DNA from: Deltaproteobacteria bacterium
Lineage (GTDB): Bacteria; Myxococcota_A; UBA9160; SMWR01
Direction of reading: 5' to 3'
Assembly: GCA_032128115.1 (NCBI GenBank)
Contig: JAQBHB010000068.1
Location: forward strand, 8,725 to 72,724
DNA: 64,000 nucleotides
Made by a program: the position numbers and the translations under genes. The notes under the pieces were generated by a model. That model was given only the letters and a program-made list of their open reading frames with translations. It searched no databases and was not told where the DNA came from. Of this stretch, positions 18,849-28,566 are shown in pieces. How positions within the stretch are numbered: the first letter of the stretch is position 1; each line of letters opens with the position of its first letter.

Positions 18849-21770
18849 ATGTCCGGCTGGTTCGAAACGATCCGCGAGGAGTGCTCGCGCGCCAACTGGT
18901 CGCGGGGCGTCGATCTGGCCCGCGCCAGGGCCGTCCACGCCGAACGGGTGGACCCGACGGAAGCCGTCTTCCGGGTGACGAACCCCGGTGGCATGCTCGC
19001 CCCCACCGTCACCCTGCGTCTGGACGACCCGGCCTGGGACTGCGACTGCCCGGGAAGCGACGACCCGTGCGCCCACGTGGCCGCGGCGGCCATCGCTCTG
19101 CGCCGCTCCCAGCGCGAGGGGAACGAGCTGCCCAGCGCGGGCGCAGAGGGCGCCGGCCACGTGCGTTACTGCCTGTTCCGCGAGGAGCAGGGCGTGGGCT
19201 TCGAGCGCCGCGTGGTTGCGGGCGAGAGCGAGACGCGCCTGGATGCCAGCCTCAAGGCCATCACCGCGGGGCAGGCGAAGGGGCCTCGCTGTCTTCCCAC
19301 GGAGAGCGACCTGGCCGCGGAGCGGGCGCTGGCCTCGGTCGATCTGCTCCGGGGACACCACCGCCTGTCGCAGCGCGCCGTCGAGCGCCTGATCCCAGCG
19401 CTGGCGGCGTGCGAAGACGTCCGCCTGGACGGCGAGCCGGTGCAGGTTTCCAGCGAGCCGGTGATGCCCCAGGGCCATCTGCGCGACCAGGACAACGGCT
19501 TCCGCCTGAACATCGAGCCCGACCCGAGCATCACCGAGGTGCTCGACAACCACCTGGTGCTGTGTGGCAACACCCTGCGACCGGTGCGCGAGGTGCGCCT
19601 CGATGCGCGCGAACGCGCCGACCTGCCCCGAGGCCGCCACTATCCCCTGGAGCGCGCCCTGGATCTCGCCACCGAGATCATCCCGGATCTGCAGCGGCGC
19701 ATTCCGGTCGAGATCCACACCCGGCGTCTCCCCCGCACGAGCCGCGCCGAGCCACCGCGCGTGCGCATCGAGAGCCGCCGCCAGGGCGACGCGCTCGTGG
19801 CGCGCGCCGACCTGGTCTACGGCAATCCCGTGAACGCGCGCATCGAGTCGGGCCGCATGCTGCACGAACGCGGCGCCGTGCCCGTTCGCGACGAGGCCGC
19901 CGAGCGCCGACTCGCCCGCCACGTGCAGAGTGCGCTCGAGCTTCCGGTGGGTCGCGAGGTGAGCGTGCGCGACCGCGAGGCGCTGGCGTTGGCCCGCCGA
20001 TTGGCGGCCTGGGAGGGTGAGATCGCGGGGAACGCCCACACCGGGTTTCACGCGCTCCCGGCCCTGAAACCGCGCCCGGCGCTCAGCGCCGGCGACTTCG
20101 ACGTGGTCTTTGCACTACCCGACGAGATGGCCCCGCGCCGAGCCGAAGCCCGGGCCGTGTTTCGCGCCTGGGAACGCGGCGACGAGTTCGTGGCGCTGGA
20201 CGGCGGCGGCTTCGCGCCCCTGCCCCGTGACTGGCTGGAGCGTTTCGGCCGGGCGACGCAGAACCTGCTCGAGGCCCGGCGCGACGACGGTGCCCTACCC
20301 GCCAGCTCCCTGCCCGACCTGGCGCGGCTCTGCGAGTCGCTGGGCGAAGCGCCGCCCGCCGAGTTCGCCCGCCTGCGCGCGATCATGGACGGGTTCGATC
20401 GGATTCCCCGCGCCACCCTTCCCGACGATCTCAGCGGGACCCTGCGCGACTACCAGCGCGCGGGCGTGGACTGGCTGTGCTTCCTGCGCGATGCCGGTCT
20501 CGGCGCCCTGCTGGCAGACGACATGGGCCTGGGCAAGACACTTCAAGTGCTGTGCGCCCTGCGCGGCCGCGCGCTGGTGGTGGCGCCCACCAGCGTGCTC
20601 CACAACTGGCGTGAGGAGATCGCGCGTTTCCGACCGGGCCTCTCGGTCTGCGTCTTCCACGGCCCCAAGCGGATGCTGGACGACACCGCGCACGTGACCC
20701 TCACCACGTATGCCACCCTGCGCCTGGACGCCGCGCTTCTCGCCGCCCCCGACTGGGATGCGGTGGTGCTCGATGAGGCCCAGGCCGTCAAGAATCCGGA
20801 CAGCCAGGTGGCGCGGGCCGCGTACGGACTGCGCGGAAGCTGGCGCGTGACCGTGACGGGAACCCCGGTCGAGAACCGCCTGGAGGAGCTCTGGAGTCAG
20901 CTCCACTTCGGCAATCCGGGGCTGCTGGGCTCGCGCAACGACTTCCAGCAGCGCTACGGCCGGCCCATGGCCGCTGGCGTTCCCGGCGTGGCCGACGAGC
21001 TGCGCACGCGCATCCGTCCCTTCGTGTTGCGGCGACTCAAGCGCGACGTGGCGCCCGAGCTTCCGCCGCGCACGGAGATGACCCTGCACTGCGAGCTCGA
21101 CGACGAAGAGAGGCAGGTGTACGACGCGGTTCGCGCCGCGACCCGCGCCGACGTGGTTTCGCAGCTTCAGCAGGGCGGCAGCGTACTGGCCGCGCTGGAA
21201 GCGCTGCTGCGGCTCCGACAAGCGGCCTGCCACCGCGACCTGGTTCCGGGCCAGCAGGCGGCGGGATCCAGCAAGCTGACGCTGTTGCGGGAGGAGCTGG
21301 ACACGGTGGTGGCCGATGGCCACAAGGCCCTGGTCTTCTCCCAGTGGACGGGGCTGCTGGACCGCATCGAGCCCCATCTGCGATCGGCGGGAATCGGATT
21401 TTCGCGGCTCGACGGTTCGACACGCGATCGCGGCGCCGTGGTCGATGCCTTCCAGAGCGAAGACGGGCCGCCCGTCATGCTGATTTCGCTCAAGGCCGGC
21501 GGCACCGGACTCAACCTCACCGCTGCCGATCACGTGTTCCTGATGGACCCCTGGTGGAACCCGGCCGTAGAGGAGCAGGCGGCGGACCGGACCCACAGGA
21601 TCGGGCAGACGCGCCCGGTGATGATCTATCGCCTGGTCGCCACGGACACGGTCGAGGAGCGCATCCTCGATCTGCAGCACCGCAAGCGTGCGCTGGCGGA
21701 CGCGGCCCTGGGCGGCGCGGCCCTCGCCACATCGCTCGGCCGCGACGACCTGCTGGCGCTGCTGGGATAG
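18849..21770 (+). CDS. SWIM zinc finger plus SNF2-family helicase
   Basis: CDC......CAH (SWIM), [56 protein letters not shown]. Confidence 0.93.
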   Translation: MSGWFETIREECSRANWSRGVDLARARAVHAERVDPTEAVFRVTNPGGMLAPTVTLRLDDPAWDCDCPGSDDPCAHVAAAAIALRRSQREGNELPSAGAEGAGHVRYCLFREEQGVGFERRVVAGESETRLDASLKAITAGQAKGPRCLPTESDLAAERALASVDLLRGHHRLSQRAVERLIPALAACEDVRLDGEPVQVSSEPVMPQGHLRDQDNGFRLNIEPDPSITEVLDNHLVLCGNTLRPVREVRLDARERADLPRGRHYPLERALDLATEIIPDLQRRIPVEIHTRRLPRTSRAEPPRVRIESRRQGDALVARADLVYGNPVNARIESGRMLHERGAVPVRDEAAERRLARHVQSALELPVGREVSVRDREALALARRLAAWEGEIAGNAHTGFHALPALKPRPALSAGDFDVVFALPDEMAPRRAEARAVFRAWERGDEFVALDGGGFAPLPRDWLERFGRATQNLLEARRDDGALPASSLPDLARLCESLGEAPPAEFARLRAIMDGFDRIPRATLPDDLSGTLRDYQRAGVDWLCFLRDAGLGALLADDMGLGKTLQVLCALRGRALVVAPTSVLHNWREEIARFRPGLSVCVFHGPKRMLDDTAHVTLTTYATLRLDAALLAAPDWDAVVLDEAQAVKNPDSQVARAAYGLRGSWRVTVTGTPVENRLEELWSQLHFGNPGLLGSRNDFQQRYGRPMAAGVPGVADELRTRIRPFVLRRLKRDVAPELPPRTEMTLHCELDDEERQVYDAVRAATRADVVSQLQQGGSVLAALEALLRLRQAACHRDLVPGQQAAGSSKLTLLREELDTVVADGHKALVFSQWTGLLDRIEPHLRSAGIGFSRLDGSTRDRGAVVDAFQSEDGPPVMLISLKAGGTGLNLTAADHVFLMDPWWNPAVEEQAADRTHRIGQTRPVMIYRLVATDTVEERILDLQHRKRALADAALGGAALATSLGRDDLLALLG

Positions 21771-21779
21771 CTTCGCGCC

Positions 21780-22469
21780 GTGAAGCCGTGGGAGCTGCTC
21801 GACCAGGTGGAGACGCGAGCCGGCCCGCTGGCGTTGCATCAGCGCGGCCCTCGCGACTTCCTGATCACCATCGCCGGACGTGTGCTCATGAACAGCAGCG
21901 CCCAGCGCTCGGAGCAGGCCCTGGGAAGGCTTGCGTGTGCACGGCTGGCGTCGCGCGCAGGCGCCCGGGTGCTCGTGGGCGGCCTGGGGATGGGCATCAC
22001 CCTGCGCGCCGCCCTCGACGTGCTTGAGCCCGATGCCCGGGTCGATGTGATCGAGCTCCACCCCGCCGTGATCGAGTGGTGTCGCGGCCCTCTGGCCCCC
22101 CTGACCCACCGTTGTGTGGATGAGCCGAGAGTGCGAGTGAGCTGCGGCAACGTGGCCGATGAGATCGCGAGCGCCAGCAGCGGACGCACGGGCCGTCGCT
22201 TCGACGCCATCCTGCTCGATCTCTACCAGGGCCCGCTCGAGAAGCAGCGGGCCCACGCAGATGCTTTCTTCGGGCCCGCCGCCCTGAAGCGAACGCGTGA
22301 CGCTCTCGCGCAAGACGGCTGCTTTGCCACGTGGGCCGAGGACCCCGACCCGGCCTTCGAGGAGCGCCTGCGTCGGGCGGGCTTCCAGGCCGAGAAGCGC
22401 AGGCCCGGACGGGGCGGCCGGCGCCACGTGGTCTACCTGGCCACGCCGGCCTCGAACTCGAGCGCGTGA
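21780..22469 (+). CDS. Spermidine-synthase-like SAM-dependent methyltransferase-fold protein
   Basis: LMNS, SE..L, VLVGGLGMGITL, FDAILLDLYQGP. Confidence 0.82.
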   Translation: MKPWELLDQVETRAGPLALHQRGPRDFLITIAGRVLMNSSAQRSEQALGRLACARLASRAGARVLVGGLGMGITLRAALDVLEPDARVDVIELHPAVIEWCRGPLAPLTHRCVDEPRVRVSCGNVADEIASASSGRTGRRFDAILLDLYQGPLEKQRAHADAFFGPAALKRTRDALAQDGCFATWAEDPDPAFEERLRRAGFQAEKRRPGRGGRRHVVYLATPASNSSA

Positions 22470-23512
22470 AGCAGGTCTCCCGCGGTCCAGGGTTTCTGGA
22501 GGAATCCAATGCCCAGGGTCCGGAATTCGAACTTGGTTCTACTACGCTTGCTGAGCCCCAGGACTCGCACCTCCAGCCGGATTTCCCGCAGACGCACGAC
22601 CAGCGCCACCGGATCGATCCCGGGCATGTCCCAGTCGACCAGTGCGGCTCCGATCTCGGAGTCGGCCTGGAACAATCTGATTGCCAGCTCCGCCGAGCCG
22701 GCCTTGTAGCCGATGCACCCGACGCGTTCGAGCTGATCCAGATAGGTCGACGCGTCGGAAAAGGGTTGGTCGTCCACGATCAGGATGCGTTGGCTGGCCA
22801 CGTAAACGGAGCCGATCGCCGCAGGCAGATCCAGGAGCATGCGAATGCGCGGGTCGCCGCGCAGGAAGCGTCGGCGCTCGGGGAGAAGAATCGAAACGAG
22901 CCCGTCTGGCAGCTGTCGGGATCGAACCCACCATCGGATCCGTTTCCAGGAGCGCGGCGCCACCAGCGCCCAGTCTTGCAGTGACTCCTGCGTCACCCAC
23001 GCAGCCTCGCCACTGAATGCGGCTCCCAGGTTGAGGAGCGGCTCGTCGGATTCCAGGGTGTCGAACATCCGCAGGGCCCTCGGGCTGGCGTGAAGCACCA
23101 GCCCGGATGGGCTTGTCACCACCACGCCGAACGGAACCCGGCCGCGCCGCGGCGGAGGATTCGGGGCGCGATCGATGGCCGCCACCAGGGTCTCCGGATC
23201 GAAGGGCTTCTCGATCAAGCACGCGCAGCGGGCGCGTCGCGCCTGCACGCGCAGATCGTCCGACGCGAACCCGGTGATCAGGAGGGTCACCAGATCCGGG
23301 TCCACTCCGCGCAGGGCCCGGGTCACGTCGAGCCCGTTGACCCGGTCTGCGAGCATCCAGTCGATCACCAGCACCTCGGGGCAGAAGCGCAGACCCACGT
23401 CCACGGCCTCGCGTGCGTTCCCCGCTACCGCCACCTGGTGTCCTTCGCGGCGGAGCCGGGCGCTCAAGTAGACGCGGTAGCGGCTCTCGTCGTTGACGAC
23501 GAGCACTCTCAT
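22433..23512 (-). CDS. Response regulator with two receiver domains
   Basis: REC1: VLVVNDE...IDWML...ITG...EKPF. REC2: LIVDDQ...VDWDMP...QKPW. ATG overlaps the kinase stop. Confidence 0.82.
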   Translation of the reverse strand: MRVLVVNDESRYRVYLSARLRREGHQVAVAGNAREAVDVGLRFCPEVLVIDWMLADRVNGLDVTRALRGVDPDLVTLLITGFASDDLRVQARRARCACLIEKPFDPETLVAAIDRAPNPPPRRGRVPFGVVVTSPSGLVLHASPRALRMFDTLESDEPLLNLGAAFSGEAAWVTQESLQDWALVAPRSWKRIRWWVRSRQLPDGLVSILLPERRRFLRGDPRIRMLLDLPAAIGSVYVASQRILIVDDQPFSDASTYLDQLERVGCIGYKAGSAELAIRLFQADSEIGAALVDWDMPGIDPVALVVRLREIRLEVRVLGLSKRSRTKFEFRTLGIGFLQKPWTAGDLLHALEFEAGVAR

Positions 23513-25152
23513 GCGACGCCGTCCCCCCCGGTCCCTTCGCGTGGCAGCTCGACGGTTGCGATCGTCCCGCGCTCGCGGCCGCTCTCCATCTCGATGGTGC
23601 CCCCATGGGACTCCACGATCCCCAGGCTGATGCTCGCTCCGAGCCCCGTGCCGCCTTCGTTCAACCGGGTGGTGTAGAACGGATCGAAGGCGTGGCTGAC
23701 CTGTTCGGAGTCCATCCCGTGCCCGTTGTCGATCACGCACAGGATCGCGCGATCGGCACCGGCCCGCGTGCACACCAGGACACGCCCCTTCCCATCGCAG
23801 GCCTCGGCCGCGTTCCGGATCAGGTTCGTCACCACCTGTCCGATCTCGATCGGATCGCAGCAGACCCGGAGTTCGCCCACGGCCAGTTCGAGAACACCCT
23901 CGACGCCGCAGGTCCGGAGGTACGCCCGGTTCTGGTCGAACGCCTGCCGTACCCACTCGTTGAGATCCTGGGAGCTGCGCTCGCTTCGCTCGCGACGCGC
24001 GAACTGCAGGACCCGCTGCACGATGGAGGAAGCGCGATTCGTGTCGTCGATGATCCCCTTCACGGCCTTCGAAACGAGGTCGGGATCACCAGGCGCGTCG
24101 CGCGCGGCTTCGGCAGCCAGCCGAATCGTCCCCAGCGGATTGTTGATCTCGTGGGCCAGACCCCCCGCGAAGGTGCCAAGCGATGCCAGCCGCTCGGAGC
24201 GCCAGAGGGCGGCGCGGTTCGAGCGCAATTCGGCCTCCACCCGATCCCTCGCCGCGACCAAGGCGCCAAGAACGAGCGACGTGGTCCCGCCCATGGCAAT
24301 GAGTGCCCAGAGCGCCCGCATGCTCAGCTCCGCGGAAGCTCCGGCGAACGGCCCGCGCCCCTGCAAGGTGAACGCCACCGCAACCCCGGCGATCAGGAGG
24401 TTCACGGCGGCCGCGCCGGTGACCTGGAAGCGATAGGCCCCCCACAGCAGGAACGGGGCCATCGAGAACACCGGGGGGTAGACGCCGGCCTCGAACTCGC
24501 GGCCGAAGATCCAGAAGGTCGCCAGCCCGAGGCCGACAGCGAGCGTGCCCGCTTCGAGCATCCGGTACGAGCGGAACGAGAATCGCGGACGCGTATTCCA
24601 CGAGAGCAGCGGCGGCGCCACCAGCAGCACGCCCATGGCGTCTCCCAACCACCATTGCGACCAGGCGGCAGCGGCCGCGCTTCGAGGAATCATCTCGCAA
24701 GCCAGCAGTCCGGCAGTGCCCAGGATGGCACTCAGCATGGCGCTGAACCCGGCCGCCAGCACGACCAGCCCGAACATTTCGCGCGGCGTCTGCAGGGAGA
24801 CGGACCCGCCGGCCATCCGGCGCAGCAGGAAAGCGCCGGCGAGCGCCTCCAGAGAGTTGGCCGCGGCCGCAAAAACCCCGAAACCCAACCCGGTACCGTG
24901 TTGCACCGAGACGATCAGGCTCGCCGCAACGACCGCCAGCGCCATCCAGCGCCCCCACAGGAGCACCGCCACCAATGCGATACCGGACGGTGCCCAGACG
25001 AGCGTGACCGCGTTGGCCATCGTGGCCACACGCAACCCCAGCTCCGCCGCGAGCCAGAAGACCGCCGTCACGACGATCGCGCGAGACAGGAGGCCGGGGA
25101 GCGCAGCCAGGCGCGGAGCCGGCGGGAGTTCCATGTCACGATTGTGCGTCAT
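23509..25152 (-). CDS. MASE1-domain sensor histidine kinase
   Basis: VWAPSGI and WWLGDAMG (MASE1); AHEINNPL; NLIRNA, DNGHG, FDPFYTT, GTGLG. The start could be the next Met (MELPP). Confidence 0.92.
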   Translation of the reverse strand: MTHNRDMELPPAPRLAALPGLLSRAIVVTAVFWLAAELGLRVATMANAVTLVWAPSGIALVAVLLWGRWMALAVVAASLIVSVQHGTGLGFGVFAAAANSLEALAGAFLLRRMAGGSVSLQTPREMFGLVVLAAGFSAMLSAILGTAGLLACEMIPRSAAAAAWSQWWLGDAMGVLLVAPPLLSWNTRPRFSFRSYRMLEAGTLAVGLGLATFWIFGREFEAGVYPPVFSMAPFLLWGAYRFQVTGAAAVNLLIAGVAVAFTLQGRGPFAGASAELSMRALWALIAMGGTTSLVLGALVAARDRVEAELRSNRAALWRSERLASLGTFAGGLAHEINNPLGTIRLAAEAARDAPGDPDLVSKAVKGIIDDTNRASSIVQRVLQFARRERSERSSQDLNEWVRQAFDQNRAYLRTCGVEGVLELAVGELRVCCDPIEIGQVVTNLIRNAAEACDGKGRVLVCTRAGADRAILCVIDNGHGMDSEQVSHAFDPFYTTRLNEGGTGLGASISLGIVESHGGTIEMESGRERGTIATVELPREGTGGDGVA

Positions 25153-25238
25153 GGGAGCACCCAGCCCAAGGAGAATTCCACGCTGGCTCCGATGGCGAGC
25201 CCAACCATCGAGAAGCCCCGAGCGGCTACAATCTCTGC

Positions 25239-26306
25239 GTGGAACCGACCCGAAACGCCTCGATTCTCGAACGCGAGGGTTACCTGCGCATCCGCTTCGC
25301 CGGAGGCGCCTCTCCGCACTGGGCCGATTTCCACTACCTGTGGCTTCGCCACAACTGCCCGTGTTGCCGCCATCCCGAGACCGGAGAGGGGATCCTGTGC
25401 TCGTCTGCGATCCCGGCCGGGATTCGCCCGGCCTCGGCCGCGATCCGGGGCACGGATCTGGTGGTCGAGTGGAAGCAGGCCGGCGACGCGCACGTGAGCC
25501 GATTCCCGCTCGACTGGCTGGCCGGGCACGCCTACGCCGCCGAGCGCGAAGAGGTGGCCCCGCCCGTGGACGACCTCTCGCGCCTCGAAGTCGAATGCGC
25601 GGACCTGGGAGGGAAAATCGCCCTGCCCTGCATGGAGCGCGTGGCCTGCGAGGGCGCCGTGGTGGTGCGACGCGCGGGCCCGGACACGGACGCCCTGATC
25701 CGGGCCTTCGAGGGCCACGGGCTCATGGTCACGCCCAGCCACTTCGGGCGCATCGAAGACCTGCGCACCGACAACACCACCAACCGGAACACCGACCAGC
25801 TCGGCTACACCGACGCGCCGGTGGACCTCCACACGGACCAGCCCTTCATCGCGCAGCCGCCCCGCTACCAGATGCTCCACTGCGTGCGGCCGGCAGATCG
25901 GGGCGGGGAGAACGCCGTGGCCGACGGGCTCCAGGCGGCGCGCCAGCTGCGAAGCCTGGACGCCGAGGCCTTCCGGCTGCTCACGAGCGTTCCGGTCCGC
26001 TTCGATCGCCGCCAGAAGGAGTTCGAGAGTCTCCAGGTGCGACCCATCGTCGAGCTTCGAAACGGCGAGCCCCACCAGGTGCGCAGCAGCTACTTCACCT
26101 ACGCGCCCCACGACATGGCCTTCGACGTGATGGCGGCCTGGTACCGGGCCTACGCGCGTTTCGTTTCGATCCTGGAGAAGCACCAGGTGCGGCTGCTGCT
26201 TGCGGCCGGCGACTTCCTGCTCTACGACAACTACCGCATGCTCCACGCGCGCACCTCTTTCGAGGGCGCGCGTTGGCTGCGGGGCGTCTACTTCGACCCG
26301 CGCTGA
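25239..26306 (+). CDS. TauD/TfdA family Fe(II)/2OG dioxygenase (gamma-butyrobetaine hydroxylase-like)
   Basis: N-terminal WLRHNCPC.C.H zinc motif; HTD triad start; DNYRMLHAR. Confidence 0.88.
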   Translation: MEPTRNASILEREGYLRIRFAGGASPHWADFHYLWLRHNCPCCRHPETGEGILCSSAIPAGIRPASAAIRGTDLVVEWKQAGDAHVSRFPLDWLAGHAYAAEREEVAPPVDDLSRLEVECADLGGKIALPCMERVACEGAVVVRRAGPDTDALIRAFEGHGLMVTPSHFGRIEDLRTDNTTNRNTDQLGYTDAPVDLHTDQPFIAQPPRYQMLHCVRPADRGGENAVADGLQAARQLRSLDAEAFRLLTSVPVRFDRRQKEFESLQVRPIVELRNGEPHQVRSSYFTYAPHDMAFDVMAAWYRAYARFVSILEKHQVRLLLAAGDFLLYDNYRMLHARTSFEGARWLRGVYFDPR

Positions 26307-26387
26307 CGCCCGAAGCCCCGGATCTTCGACGGATTCCAGGCGCCGTCGACGACTGCATCGCGATCGTTCCTGGCCTATTCTCCGCCC

Positions 26388-26747
26388 ATGGGAATGGAAA
26401 CCACCGGGCGCATTCATACGCTTTTCGAAACCAAGCAGGTCACCGAGCGCTTTCGGAAGCGCGAATTCGTGGTCGAGTTGGGCGACAACTCGCGGTACCC
26501 GCAGCACGTGCTCTTCCAGATGACGGGAGACCGCTGCGAAAACCTGGACGGCTACAACGTGGGCGACGAGGTGCGGGTCGAGTTCAGCCTGCGCGGGCGC
26601 GAGTGGAAGAGCCCCCAGGGCGACCTCAAATACTTCAACAGCCTGGATGTGTGGACGATCCAACGCAACGGCGCGGGCGCCGACCCGGCGGAGGCCTTTG
26701 GCCTCGAGGAGCCCCCTCCCCCGGCCGACGACGACATCCCGTTCTAG
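26388..26747 (+). CDS. DUF3127 domain protein (OB-fold, SSB-like acidic tail)
   Basis: FRKREFVV, YPQ, GDEV.V.F.L.GREW, YFNSL.W; ends DDDIPF. Confidence 0.88.
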   Translation: MGMETTGRIHTLFETKQVTERFRKREFVVELGDNSRYPQHVLFQMTGDRCENLDGYNVGDEVRVEFSLRGREWKSPQGDLKYFNSLDVWTIQRNGAGADPAEAFGLEEPPPPADDDIPF

Positions 26748-26756
26748 AGCGCCGCC

Positions 26757-27746
26757 GTGGCGACGTCGATCCTGCGTCTGGACATGCGGGCCCCCGCGTT
26801 CTCGCCCGCCAGCGCTCGCGAGCTCTATGCCGCGGCGCTGGAGATGTCCACCTGGGCCGACCAGAACGGCTTCGACCTGATTTCGCTCTCCGAACACCAC
26901 GCCACCGACGATGGCTTCCTGCCCTCGCCCATCCCCATGGCCGGCTGCATCGCCGGTTGTACCGAGAGGATCCGCATCGGGATCATCGCGCTGCTGCTCC
27001 CGCTCTACGACCCGGTGAAGCTGGCCGAAGACCTGGCCGTGCTCGACCTGGCGAGCGGCGGGCGTGTGGGTCTCACAGCGGGCCTCGGCTACCGGCCCGA
27101 CGAGTACGCCATGTTCGGGAAGGATTGGAAGGGGCGCGGCGCCCTGATGGACGAGTGCCTGGACGTGCTGCTCCGGGCCTGGCGCGGCGAAGAATTCGAG
27201 TACGGCGGGCGCAGGGTGAAGCTCTCGCCCCGTCCCGTCAGTCAGCCCCATCCGTTCCTCGCGGTGGGCGGTACGGGGCCCAAGGGCGCCCTGCGCGCAG
27301 CCCGCTTCGGCCTGCCCTTCCAGCCGGCCATCGGCAAGCCCGAGATCCTCGATCTCTACCGCGCCGAGTGCCAGCGCCTGGGTGTGGAGAATCCCGTGCT
27401 ACTGCCGCCGGGATCGGGCCACATGACCTGGGTGTCCGAGGATCCCGATCGCACCTGGTCCGAGATCGGTCCCTATCTGCTCCACGACGCCACCAGCTAC
27501 GCGAGCTGGCAGCCGCCGGGGCACCGCTCGGCGGTGCACTCGGATGCCCAGACCGTGGACGCCATGCGCGCGGAGGGGAAGTACCGGGTGCTGACGCCCG
27601 ACGAGTGCATCCAGGTGGCCCGCCTGGAGAGCCCGTCTGCCCTGTTCCTGCACTTCCCGCTGTGCGGGGGCACACCTCCGGATCTCGGCTGGCAGAGCCT
27701 GCACCTCTATGCCGACAAGGTCCTGCCGAGGCTCGCCGCCTTGTAG
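26757..27746 (+). CDS. LLM class flavin-dependent oxidoreductase
   Basis: SEHH..DGFLPSP, PLYDPVKLAEDLAVLDLASGGR, GLGYRPDEY. Confidence 0.9.
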   Translation: MATSILRLDMRAPAFSPASARELYAAALEMSTWADQNGFDLISLSEHHATDDGFLPSPIPMAGCIAGCTERIRIGIIALLLPLYDPVKLAEDLAVLDLASGGRVGLTAGLGYRPDEYAMFGKDWKGRGALMDECLDVLLRAWRGEEFEYGGRRVKLSPRPVSQPHPFLAVGGTGPKGALRAARFGLPFQPAIGKPEILDLYRAECQRLGVENPVLLPPGSGHMTWVSEDPDRTWSEIGPYLLHDATSYASWQPPGHRSAVHSDAQTVDAMRAEGKYRVLTPDECIQVARLESPSALFLHFPLCGGTPPDLGWQSLHLYADKVLPRLAAL

Positions 27747-27796
27747 GTGCGGCCTCGTCCCTCATTCGTGCGCATCTTCCGCGGCTGACGTCCCGC

Positions 27797-27825
27797 TCAA
27801 GTGAGGGGAATCCCCCTCCGATGAG
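27797..27825 (+). promoter_or_regulatory. Sigma28-like promoter candidate
   Basis: TCAAG-N15-TCCGATGAG upstream of the PEP-CTERM gene; the same layout recurs twice more in the window. Confidence 0.45.
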
Positions 27826-27860
27826 GAGAGTGGGCCGGTACGTGCCCCGGGGCTTGGACC

Positions 27861-28556
27861 ATGCGCTCTGCAATCCTGATCGCCGCCGCTCTCGTCTGGG
27901 CCGTGTGCATCGCACCCGGCGCGGCCCGGGCCATGACCTTCGGCACGAACCTGATCGTGAACCCGGACGCGGAAGCGGACGTCGGGACGCTCGATGGTGC
28001 CGACATCACGATCACGGGCTGGACCGACCTGGGCGTCATGACCGTGGTGCAGTACGACGCCCCCGGTGGCTGGCCCCTCAGCAGTGAGCCCGGTCCGCCG
28101 GTTCGCGGCAACAACTTCTTCTCCGGCGGCAACGGCGCCACGTCCGCCATCTCCCAGGTGTTGGACGTGAGCTGGGCCCTGGGCGCCATCGACGGCGGCT
28201 ACGCGGACTACGACCTCTCCGGTTGGCTGGGCGGATTCTCGAACCACGACGACCAGGCCCTGCTGACCGCCACGTTCCTGGACGCTGGTGCCACGATCCT
28301 CGGCAGCGACTCCATCGGCCCGGTGGTCGCGGCCGATCGCGGCAACCAGACCGGCCTCTTCCTGCGCCAGAGCCTGGGCACGCTTCCGGTGGGCACACGT
28401 CAGATCCGACTCGAACTGGCGGCCACGCGCTTCGTCGGCACGTCGGACGACGGCTATGCCGACAACCTGCTGCTGCTGCTCACACCGGAGCCGTCGACCG
28501 CGTTGCTTCTCGGCTCGGGGCTCCTGGGCCTCGCCCTCTTTCGTCGCCGCCGCTAG
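27861..28556 (+). CDS. Secreted PEP-CTERM sorting-domain protein
   Basis: Signal peptide; NLIVNPDAE...DGYADNL beta-sandwich-like domain; C-terminus TPEPSTALLLGSGLLGLALFRRRR. Confidence 0.88.
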   Translation: MRSAILIAAALVWAVCIAPGAARAMTFGTNLIVNPDAEADVGTLDGADITITGWTDLGVMTVVQYDAPGGWPLSSEPGPPVRGNNFFSGGNGATSAISQVLDVSWALGAIDGGYADYDLSGWLGGFSNHDDQALLTATFLDAGATILGSDSIGPVVAADRGNQTGLFLRQSLGTLPVGTRQIRLELAATRFVGTSDDGYADNLLLLLTPEPSTALLLGSGLLGLALFRRRR

Positions 28557-28566
28557 CCCGAAGACC

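Noticed and set aside
16506..26306. HD protein plus BBOX-like dioxygenase as a TmpAB phosphonate pathway
   Set aside because: The genes are about 8 kb apart in separate transcription units with no phosphonate transporter; motifs alone cannot assign the substrate.
24545..28087. 1180-aa ORF on the + strand, and the 700-aa antisense ORF 25149-27251
   Set aside because: Arg/Pro/Ala-rich or antisense shadow frames overlapping well-supported genes; expected at high GC.
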